Assembly: GCA_009103225.1 (NCBI GenBank)
Contig: RHPI01002048.1
Coordinates: forward strand, 1,017,906-1,081,905
Origin: Chlorokybus atmophyticus
Lineage: Eukaryota; Plantae; Mesostigma and Chlorokybus algae
Reading direction: 5' to 3'
DNA length: 64,000 nucleotides
The stretch's first letter is position 1, and the number at the start of each line of letters is the position of its first letter. Below are positions 53,701-64,000 of the stretch, one piece after another. The position numbers were made by a program, and so were the translations under genes. A model generated the notes under the pieces. That model made no database searches, was not told where the DNA came from, and saw only the letters and a program-made list of their open reading frames with translations.

Positions 53701-56700
53701 TTCGAACACGAACCTCTCCGCTCCCGCCACGATCGCCCTCTGGATCGTCAAGATCTGCTGCGCCACGACGGACAGAACCTCGAGGTCGATGCGGTTGAAC
53801 TCGTCGAAACAGGCCCAGGCGCCCGATGCAGCGAGACCCTTGAAGAACTTGCCCATCGCGAGGTAGTCGAGACCGTCGGAGCAGTTGAAGACGACGCACT
53901 GCATTGCGAGGGCCTTGGCCAGGTCCTTGGTAGTCTCTGTCTTGCCTGTGGGGGAGTAAACACAGTGTTGGCTTTGCACAAGTGTACGTACAGTAACTTA
54001 ACACATATAATTGTGTGCACTGACGTTAAGTGCATGTATACGTATCTACCTGCGTGTGTGCATATCCAGGTAGACATGCATGTGCACGTGTACGTGCACA
54101 TGTATCACTTTGAATACAGAGCTCTCTTTCGTGTCACATACACGTGTTTTAAGGCTATCAACACATTGGTATATCTCTTCCCTTGTGCCTTACCTGTGCC
54201 TGCGGGGCCTTCAGGTGCCCCTCCGAGGTTCAGATGCAGCGCTCCCATGAGCGTTCTATAGCACCTATCCGTGAGCGGCGTGATGACCAGTCTCGACGAG
54301 TTGCCCAGATACTCGTATCCATAGTTCCTCGCGGCGTTGATCATCCTCACTCTCAACAACCCCTCTTCGAGATTATACCGCAGCTGGCTGAGCCACTCGA
54401 AGTCGGTCTCGTGCGCGACGCCGGCGTCCTTGAGTTGGGTGACGACGTCGCGGGCGTGCACGTCAATCACAACCAGAGCGCCGATCGTGGCTCGCTGGAC
54501 GGCACCCAACTTGCCACGGACGAGACCGACAACGTCCGCGAGCTGACGAGTGCACACGCCCTCGTATTCCGCGAGACCGGCGGCACCACGTGCACGGATT
54601 GCCTCGGACACCTTCACATCAACACAACAGAATACAACGCTCTCAGTCACCGCACACAGTGTGGTGAGTCACTACCCCACATGCGCAGCAAGCAACCCAA
54701 CATGAACGTGTACACGCCACAAGCAGTAGACTACGTCATTTGCGCCACAAATCAGTCACCACATGCACACAGTATGATGAGTCCACACCCGACACGAGCG
54801 ATAAGCTACCCAACATATTACGTGTAAACGCCACACGTGTACACGTTACATGTTATTGCTTGCGCAAAGTACACATGGTGCGTGAGTGTGTGTTCTCACC
54901 TCTTTTGTCCAGTACACTTGGCTTCCCGCGAGTACGACCATCCCCGGCCACCCCGCCAGCATCCACTCTTCCCTGGGCGTCGCCGCATACGCCGCTAGCG
55001 CGTCCCTCACGCTCGCCCTCAGACTCTCTTTCATGACCGCTTCCACGTCGCATAACCACGCCTCGACCGCCCCACCCGCGCTCTTGGGGTTCAGCACGTG
55101 CGCGAACGCCACGCGCTCCTTCTCGACGGAGAACATCGCGACGATGTCGAGGTTGTCCTGGAACTCAAGGGAGTTGATGCCCTCGAAGCATTTTTTGAGG
55201 AAGGGCTGCACGCGGAGGGGGTCGCGGGTCTCAGAGAGGATCTCGAGCAACTCGTCGTTGGACAAGAAGAAGAACCTGTGGAGACAGGTGATTATGTACA
55301 CAACACACGCAGTGTGCGCATATGCACGCAGCTGTCCACGCGCACTTGCACAGACATGCAACACAAGAAGAAGAACCTGCATAAACCAGTGAGTATCTAT
55401 AACACACGCGCATGTGCATGCGCACGCGCTTATGTGCGTACGCACGGCCGCGGGCCGCGGGCGTCTGCGCTCGTGCACACACATACTCTTACCTGGGAAA
55501 CGCGAGTCGTTTCGTCTCCAGGTAGTGATTCAGTCCCTTCGTAATCACATCCAGACTCTGATTACACTCCCTCAGATCCTCCAACAAGTTCTTCGTATCG
55601 GCCATCTCCAGCATCTTGGGCGTCCTCTGCACGGCCTCCATGATTCTCCTCCACACTCCATCCACTGATCTAAACCTCTGTCCTTCGGCCGGCATCTGAT
55701 TCATGATGTCCTCCGACCCGAAGATGGGCTCGAGATACAACCACGTTGCTTGACACTTGACCCACTCGTCGAGAGTCTCTTGTAACCGAGTCACTTTGCT
55801 CCCCCAACTCGTGATGCGTCCTTCGAAGGGCTTTGCGTACGGCGAGGACGACATCGTGGCGGTCTTAACCGTGTGGTCATCCAACAACATCTGCGCTTCA
55901 TCTACGGGTCCACCCTTGAGGATACACGTCCCGGTCTCCCTATACGGCGCGGTCTCGAACGCCAGAGGCTCCCAGTCACCCAACATCTTGTCCAAAGACC
56001 TCTCCAACCCGTACTCTTTACTCGCCTGTTCGGCCACTTCTTCGAGGGATGAGATGTGTTCGTCGACTTTTAAGCGAAGGAGCTGGCGAAAGGAGTTGCC
56101 GTCCTCCGGACGGAGCTCGAAACCGACCACGGAAGAGATGCGGGACCAGTGACGCTCGCGGAGACCCGGGTTGCAGAGGCATTGGATGAGGGGGACGATA
56201 CCCTTAAAACGCTCTAGGGAGGCCTTCATCTGAGGAGGGGGGTTGTTCACTAGTGAGTAAGATCACACACACACATGCGCACGCGCACTCATGGCTACCT
56301 GCCCACCCACACGTGCACACGTGCGCGCTGGTGCGCATATAGACACGCACACGCGCATGCACTCACTGACGCACTTCGTCACACGCACACATATGCACCC
56401 GCGCTCGCACGCCCACACACCCACACACCCACACGCCCACACACACACACACACGCGCGCGCGCGCAGGCGCATGCGCTCACCAACTCAATCACACACAC
56501 GCACACGCAGATGCACACGTTCTCACTCAACCCATCCATCACACTTGCCTGTTCAGCCACTTTGAGTGCCGCAGGGAAGGCCGACGCCGTCTGTTCAGCT
56601 GCGGCAGTGTTCTTTTCTCCCGCCGCAGCGGTGTCTTTCGCTCCCGTTGCTGCGGGTGCAGCAGCGGGGACGGTGCCCGGAGCCGCCGGCAGCGCGAGGG

Positions 56701-59700
56701 TCTTGATGACCTTGTAGATCGTGCGCCACCAGGCCGACACGTCCGACTCGATGCGCTTGGGGTCCAGGGCGGAGAAGGGGGCGTTCATCCATTCGGACTC
56801 AGACTCCTGGGACAACGAGGGAGGGACGTGTGCATGTGTATTGTTGGTGTCATTGGTACTATGCATGCGTGTGTGTACGTGTGTGTACATACGTGTTGGC
56901 ATGCAAGTCAATGCATAAGCATATGCATGCATACGTGTGTGCGTGTACATGTGAATGTTATCGTACCTTGAATGCTGCAGCTGTGGTCCACAGTTTGAAG
57001 AACGGTTCCACCGCCGACGTGAGCGCCTGTATCTGCGGTCCGAACCTCGTGACCGGCAGCGAGAACAGCGCCTCCTCCGCGTTGAGCGCCTCCGCGGCCG
57101 TGCCCGCCTCCTCCAGCAACCTCGCCACCTCCCTCGCCTGCTCCGCGTGCGCCAAGGTCCTCTCCGCATCACCGTAACTCTCCAAAGCCCTCACTTGCTG
57201 CTCGTGCGACCCCAACAAGGTCAGAAACTCACTCCTCCTCTGCTTCAAGGCCATCTCGAACGACTCATGCTCCTCCTCAATCTTCGCCCCGTTTGTGGAC
57301 AATATCACCACGATCCTCTTCGGCCACTCGTACGCGGCCATCATGAGTCTGAAGTCCTCCTCCGGCACGTCGAACCCGTAGTTGCCCAGGAAGTCCTCGC
57401 GCTCGCGGGCCTCGCGGATCATCTCGCGGAGAGCGGAGAGGTCGGCGGGGACGGTGGTGCTGACGTAACGACGGAGGGCGACGACCTCCTCGGAAGTGGA
57501 GGGGGGACGAGCGACCTCGGTGGAGATGCGCTCGTGGCGGTCGGCGATGGTGACGTTGAGCTCGCGGAGACGGGCGAGGACCTGTGTATGAGATAGATGT
57601 TACTCGCCGTCACTGTGACACTTGATGCACACACATGGCACGTGTACAAACGCGCTTTCGCATGCACATATGTGTGTTATAGTGCGCACGCATACGTGCG
57701 CCTGTGTGTGTGCACCTGCGCATGTGCATGTGCGGGTGTGTGGTGTGTGTGCAAGCACGTACACATGCACAGGGAACAACATGCTTACCTGTTCAAGGAG
57801 GCGCCTGACGACGTCATTGGCTTTCACAACCAGCGACTGTTTCAGCGCCTGGCACTTGATCAGCGCGATCCCCGCCTTCCTCTCATTCGCGCAGACATCT
57901 GCCACCTGGGCCGCGAGTCCCTTGAATCTGTCAATCGCGGCGGCATACTCCGCGAGCTTCTTGTTGTTGCTGCTGGTGGTGTTGTTGTTGTTGTTGTTAC
58001 CACCACTGGCACCCTTGAACTCCTCCGCGTAGGCCGCGGGGACAAGACGCCCGAGCTCGGTGAAAGGCGAGAACCGACCCGCCACGGATTGAGCAAGAGG
58101 CTCAGAGGCACGCACTGTTGCGCAGACAAAGTCCTTTGCCAACACGACTTGCTCGTCCTGGAGTGTGACGGTGTTCAGAGTTGTTTGTGTACTCCTCGAG
58201 GACTCTGTGTCGATGCGCGGCACGCCCTCAGGCGCCTTCACTGCCGTCTCTAACACCTGTATGTGCTTCATCATCACGTGTACATTGTGTGCATAAAGTT
58301 ATACACGCACACGAACACACATGCGCACCCACGCTCGCACTTTCACACCCACTCCCACACCCAGTCTCACGCACGCACAACATTACCTGAATGAGGCCGT
58401 TTTCAACTTCATCGAAGCTCGGCATAAATTTGAGCACTCCCTTCTCCATAGTAAGCTGCATGAAGAACGCCGGCAGTTGTGACGTCTCTGAAACATTACT
58501 CCCACCCTCATCATCCTCGCCGTTCCCCTCTCGTTCCATGCGCCCGAGCGCGGCCTCCGCCTCGGCGCGGTCCATGGCGTAGGGAGCGAGAAAGGCGCGG
58601 AAGGCGTCGATGGAGTCGCGCGCCAGCTTGCGGACCTGGTTCGACATCAGGACCGCCATCGTGGCGTAGAAACCGGCGGGGTCGCGGCAGGTGGGGGGGG
58701 GAGGGTCCGTTTGGAAGACCTGCGGGTTGTGGGTGTGAGAGGGGAGGAGTATCCACATGCATGTGTGCCTGTGCATGCGTGTGAATCTTCGCGCATGCGC
58801 GAACGGACGATCTCACCCAGGCACACATGCATGCGCACATGCACACGTACACGCTCGCATGCACACACAACCATGCACGCACATGCAGGGCAGCCGGTAT
58901 CCACTCCTGCCACAGTCGCTCCCGTGCCGCGTCCGCCACCTCCTTCTGCCTCACGACAAAGGCCGGCAGCTCCATCGGTAGCGAGGGTGCAACGCCAACA
59001 TCCATCTCACCAACCGCAACATCCACGTCAACTAGAAGCCTGTCTGCATGCCGCTGCCAGGCAAGAGACCGTTGAGTTCACACATACACATAGAGCCAAC
59101 TAGTTCAGCTTACGGATTCATTGTGCGATGTTGCAAAGGGTTTGTGAGGCATGTGGTTGTAACGCGCACACACGCGCACAAGTGCGCACGCACATGTACA
59201 CGTACCTGCCATAGGGCGGCGAGTGCGAGAACCTGCGGGCATAGCGCGTGCAGGTTGGCGGCGAGGGAGGCGCGTGCCACCCGCACGGACGCACGCCACT
59301 CTGCCGGCAGCACGAGAGGGGGCGGATGGGACAAACTCGCCGTCGTAGGAAGCGACGGGACCTGCGCAATGATAACGCTGTTGGCGTGTGCATGCGCACG
59401 CATGTGTGTACATATGTGTGTATGTGTGTGAGGGTGCGCACGCGCACGTGTTGATGACTGTGTGTGTGCGCGCGCCGTTGCTGTGGATGACTGTGCGTGT
59501 GTGTGTGTTTGTGTGTGCGCGCGCGCGCGTTGTTGCTGTTGTTGTTGTTGACTTACTCGTTCCAGTTGCAGCCGTTTCCGTTCACTCGCATCTCTAAGGC
59601 AATAGTCCACGATCCCCTTCCTCACGGCTCTAAAATACTCCTCCTCGACCTCCTCCTCGCACGCTCTCAGTATCCCCTCTCTCCTCTCCTCCCCGACCGC

Positions 59701-60929
59701 TCGCGAGGGGCACGACGCAGGGGACGTCGCGAGCAGGGACGCGACGTTCGAGGACCAGGAGGGCTTCGGGGGAGCGAGACAGGGAGAGGGGACGCCCTCA
59801 TCAACGTAGAATTGGTAGCGCAAGACCTGGGACATTTGTGCGTGTGAGTGTATGCGTGTGCCTGTGTGCGCATGCATGCGCGTGCGTAATAGCATTGTTC
59901 ATGACAACAGCCATGCATGTATGCGCATGGCTCCTTACCTCTTCCGCGACGTTTTCGCTGCTGCGTGGCGTCATGGGCGCCCGCTTGAAGACGTTGTGCC
60001 TGTATCCACCCGCAGAGGGCGACCGCGTGATTGCTCGAAGAGCCTCATGCGTACCATGGCTCGCTGGTGACGGTGAGGGTGGGTGAAGTAGAGAGTTTCC
60101 TTGTTGTTGTGGTGGTGGTGTGGACGCGCGCGGCGACGTGAAGTACTCGTGCGCCCTTCCGCTCGGCGTGAATATCGGCGAGTGCGCTCCCTCCCACAGC
60201 AGCGTGGACGCGGACGGGGAGCGTGTCGTGTTGACGCTCAGCGGCTGCAGCTCTTGTCGACGCTTCTTCTTGGCGGGACTGGAGGGAGGCAACCCGACCC
60301 CTGCCCCGGGCGATAGTGGTGTTGTCGGGGAAGACACCGGCGATGGCAACGCTACACCCACGCTAAGCTTTCGATGAGAGCCACCCGGTCCTCCTGTTTG
60401 TTGTAGCCGCCGGTACACCTCCGCGGCATCGAGCTCCGATGCCTGCGGACTGTGTCATAACACAGGCTCTTAGTAGAGCATAACAAACTTGTGGTTCACT
60501 CACTTTACAACCGACAAACTTCAGCGACTGATATCAATAGAAGCTAAGGCTACAGCGTAGACTCCCTCGGTTCATTTCTTGGTCAGTCAGTACGTCTTGC
60601 AACTGATTGGGTTATCAGCAGCTAAGGCATACTGCACTGTGCTCTCTAGTTCTACTACACTACGCTGTGTATGTTTCAAGTCTACTCATGTTGTGAGCAG
60701 TGAAACTGTGTCGTGTGATTACCTGTAGTAGGTGCCGATGCGTGAGGACGGCGTGCGGTAGAAGAGGTCCGCGGAGGTGCCGCAGGGGACGGCGCGCGTG
60801 AAGAGGGCGTCGCGGCTCAGCAGCGGAGGCATACGCGCCCTCTCCACATTGGACGTCTGTAAACACAAAAATGTTAATGACAACGATGCTGACAATGATG
60901 CTGTCGTTGCCGTTGTTGCCGTCGTTGTT

Positions 60930-60977
<48 letters not shown>

Positions 60978-61708
60978 ATTGTCGTTGTTGGTGATGGTGT
61001 TGGTGATGGTGATGGTGATGGTGGTAGTGATGGTGTTTGGGACGTTACGGTGATGGTGTGGTTGGTATGGTAAATGTGTGCATGTGCATGCGCGTATACA
61101 TACCTTCTGTTTGTACTCCAGCGCGCTCTCGAGCTGCTGGAAGTAGTCTGCCACAGCCACGCCGTCCTGGAGCAAATTCAAACACGTAATGCAGAACAGT
61201 TACACCGGATTGGCCATGACAGCCAGTTACCAACACAAACCAGCAACACGTCTCATTTGCAAGTCCATCACACCATCGTTATGATACAAAGTGGCCACGT
61301 TCCTTGAACGTTGTTTCTAATCACATCCATCACTTCGGTTGTTAAGTCATACACTTCAGAACGACGTACACCACGCGAGCAGACCGCTTGCAATCACTCG
61401 TTATGGATCTCTTTATGTTATGCAGTTGAGGACGACGCTTCGAGAGTAATGTGCTGGTTGCATCACCGCAGCGCAGGTTCAAAGGTAACCCGCGTCTTCT
61501 TGCAGGGCCATGCAACTGAATCACTCACTGGACTGGTTGTTTGGGATTTAGGGTTAGGGTTAATGATTTCGCCACAACCTGATAATGATATACAACAGTT
61601 CCGTGTAGTGTCAAATCACAGTGACGTTGAGGTATGTAACCCGATCTGCTCGTTGGATGTCCTCAACTTAACAGTACAACAACACGCATCATCACCCACC
61701 TGCTCCAT
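40100..61708 (-). CDS. Axonemal inner-arm dynein heavy chain (single-headed DNAH3/DNAH7-like class), dozens of exons
   Basis: AAA1 [29 protein letters not shown]|[19 protein letters not shown]; AAA2 [26 protein letters not shown]; AAA3 [15 protein letters not shown]; AAA4 [10 protein letters not shown]; stalk/[19 protein letters not shown]; AAA5 [13 protein letters not shown]; AAA6 [12 protein letters not shown]; C-terminus [38 protein letters not shown]. The start (MEQ|[11 protein letters not shown] 61708) is tentative. Confidence 0.96.
47722..47880 (+). repeat. (GTT)n/(GGT)n/(GATGGT)n compound microsatellite in a dynein intron; similar tracts at ~52840-52930 and ~60900-61030
   Basis: Read directly from the sequence. 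Confidence 0.9.
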
Positions 61709-62205
61709 GGGGTCCAGCCCCCCGGCCCCGTTCTGAGCCATGTTCGCGACAGCTGCGGCTGATGATGGTTATATAGTATCAAAGTCCTGATCACCCCTCC
61801 TCCTTGTCCTCCCTTTTCCCCGCCGCCGCCGCCGCCGCCATGGCTGACGTGGTTAACCCTCGTTGGTTTGCAACTTTAGGGCTTGTTCCCCCCAACCCTA
61901 GAATGCCATCACAGCGCGCTGCCCCAACCAATTTGAGTGTCACGTGACCCCCGGCGCTAGGGGGGGTACCGGACGCTGCGTGACGTGCACATTGGACGTC
62001 ACGCGCAGCGTACAATACTGGCGTGACGTGCAGCTGGCAATGATTGGGGATCAGCGATCTCAAACTTGCATTGCCACCGTGGCAGTGCCACGTGGCGAGC
62101 GACTGTTGTGCTAGAGGGTTGTTCAGGCTGCGGCGGCGGTGGAGAGGGTGAAGGACGAGGAGGCGGAGGCGGAGGAGGCAAGGGACGCTAAAAGAGTGGC
62201 AAGAG

Positions 62206-63475
62206 ATGGCTGGTGAGGTGGAGCTGTATGCCTCATGGTTTTGCCCCTTCGTGCAGAGAGCGTGGATCGCTTTGGAGGAGAAAAAGGCGCCGTACAAGGC
62301 AAGTAGTAGGCATGCATGGCGTTGTATTCTGCAATGAAAGTTGCGCTGTTTGCACTATTTCTAAAACTGCCTGCACAGCGCAGCATGCATGGTGAGCTTG
62401 GATCCTGCTGGCCAACTTCAGGATCACCTGTCGATGTGGTCGCACAGACGCATGCATGGTGAACGCTTGCATGAGTAAAAAGTAGCCAGAAAAGAATGCC
62501 CACTNGACTTGCGCTCCTTCTTCAAGCGGCGGTGGGCGCTCTTGCTCAGCTGCTCGCCTGCTCCATCGTCAGAGAACTCCTCGGTGCCAGGGAAACCTAG
62601 CCCGGGACCACGCTTAGGCACAGCTGCCACCTCTTCCCCTTCCCCCCCGGTCCCCTTCCCCGCCTTCCGCAAGTTAATGTGTATGATCGTCATGCTTCCT
62701 TTGCAGTTTTTGCTGCTAACGAATAGTGGCTCACCTGAATGGCTCTGTAGCCGGTCGGCAAAAGCACACATTGCAGACGCATGATAAGTTGTTGACCTTG
62801 AGTGCGTGTGTCACTTTTTCTGCTGTTGTCCTTGCGCAGTACATAGAAGTGGACCCATACGCAAAGCCCCCGGAGCTGATGCGCGTGAACCCGCGCGGGT
62901 TGGTTCCGGCACTTGTAGACGATGGGCGGTGCCTGTACGAGTCCATGGTGCTGATGGAGTACGCTGATGAGAAGTGGGGTGATACTGACCTGCTCCCTTG
63001 CGATGACCCGTATCTGCGGGCCATCGGTCGCATCTGGATGGACCACATCAACAAGAAGGTGGTCCCACACTTCTACCAGCTGCTGCAGAGACAGGACGAG
63101 GACGGGCGCACGGAGGCGGCCGCGGACCTGCTCAAGGGCCTGAAGGAGCTGTTCAGGGCTTACGAGGATCTCGGGTCAGGCAGTGGGCCTTTCTTTTACG
63201 GGAGGGACCGGCTCAGCATGGTGGACATGTGCGTCCTGCCGTGGGCCATCCGCTTCTCCATCCTTAAGCACTATCGCGGGTTTGAGGTGCCGAGGGACGG
63301 CTCACCCGAGTTCGAACGGTTTCATTGGTGGTTGGATGCTGCGTTGCAACAAGCAAGCGTGCGAGCCACGCTGCAAGATGAAGGCAGGCTTAGAGAGAGT
63401 TACCAGCGCTATGCAGACAATAAAGCGGGGTCTGAAGTGTCGCGCGCCATCAATGCTGGGAAAGCTTTGCCTTGA
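62206..63475 (+). CDS. Cys-containing glutathione transferase (omega-like), two exons with a GC-AG intron
   Basis: Exon 1 MAGEVELYASWFCPFVQRAWIALEEKKAPYK (62206-62298, donor gcaagt). Exon 2 from 62840: YIEVDPYAKPPELMRVNPRGLVPALVDDGRCLYESMVLMEY..PFFYG..SMVDMCVLPW..YQRYADNKAGSEVSRAINAGKALP*. Confidence 0.92.
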
Positions 63476-64000
63476 GTAAGCCATGCGTTGCACTCAAGGG
63501 AGCGCTGTTGTGTAGTGTGATATGTACAGTACTCATCATGTGTATGTAGAGTGGCATGTTTTTGATGGTATGCGCTTGCATGGGCCAGAGGGGGCGCTCT
63601 GGCCAAAACGGTATGTGCTAGACTGGCTGGTTTGCCTGTTTGGGTTAGCCGGCTGCCGACCATCATGGAAAGAGGAGCAGCTACCATGGTTAGGCGCCTG
63701 TGCCATCCACCAACCATGGAGGCAGACACTGTCCAAGCGACAGTGTAGTGGATCGATGAGGTGGTGCACATGCATGAACAACATGTACAAAAGATGCAAG
63801 AGGGAATCCGTACACGCAAATCTTTGTACAAACAATGCTAACCGGCAATGCGCATGCATGGTGACATGCACAGTCAGCAGCATGCAGAGACACAACGCAT
63901 ACCAACCACACTGTTGTCAAGGTAACCACCGGGTTCATTCACTACCTAACCCATTACTCTACCCCTATTACCCCGTTAGCCTTTTGTGCACATGCAATCT

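Noticed and set aside
40577-59895. Dozens of overlapping + strand and alternate-frame ORFs rich in C/V/H/T/R
   Set aside because: They are antisense shadows of GC-rich dynein exons plus stop-poor RY microsatellites; no independent domains were seen.
61545-61562. TTTAGGGTTAGGGTT telomere-like motif (single units also near 13338, 34560 and 61875)
   Set aside because: Only 1-2 units, so chance or at most telo-box promoter elements, not an interstitial telomere.
40100-61708. Introner-like repeated introns in the dynein gene
   Set aside because: The introns share only simple repeats and ordinary polypyrimidine acceptors; no shared complex sequence or terminal repeats were seen by eye.

Overview
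Eukaryotic, intron-rich nuclear DNA using the standard genetic code, with assembly gaps at about 5049-5171 and 21946-22227. It is most likely a flagellate or zoospore-forming green alga; this is inferred from an axonemal dynein, a cyanobacterial-type kinase with a transit-peptide-like N-terminus, and a chromovirus. Gene order: 3' end of ELP2 (+); a NIMA/NEK kinase fused in frame to DEP and DUF547 domains (+); PPIL1 cyclophilin (-) head-to-head with NAF1 (+); a cyanobacterial-type Ser/Thr kinase (-) with a small membrane-protein ORF just upstream; an accessory block at about 21.6-34 kb; a NUDIX hydrolase (+); a ~21.6 kb inner-arm dynein heavy chain (-) with microsatellite-filled introns; and a Cys-type GST (+). 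The accessory block holds a long imperfect inverted repeat and a deleted mosaic duplicate of the NAF1/kinase region. A decayed chromodomain Ty3/Gypsy element interrupts that duplicate, and its 3' LTR carries a complete ~527 bp TRIM-like mini-retroelement (LTRs, PBS, PPT, 5-bp TSD). The most novel-looking signals are the NEK-DEP-DUF547 fusion, the nested TRIM and the mosaic duplication with inverted repeat. All alignments and splice models were made by eye; no database searches were run.
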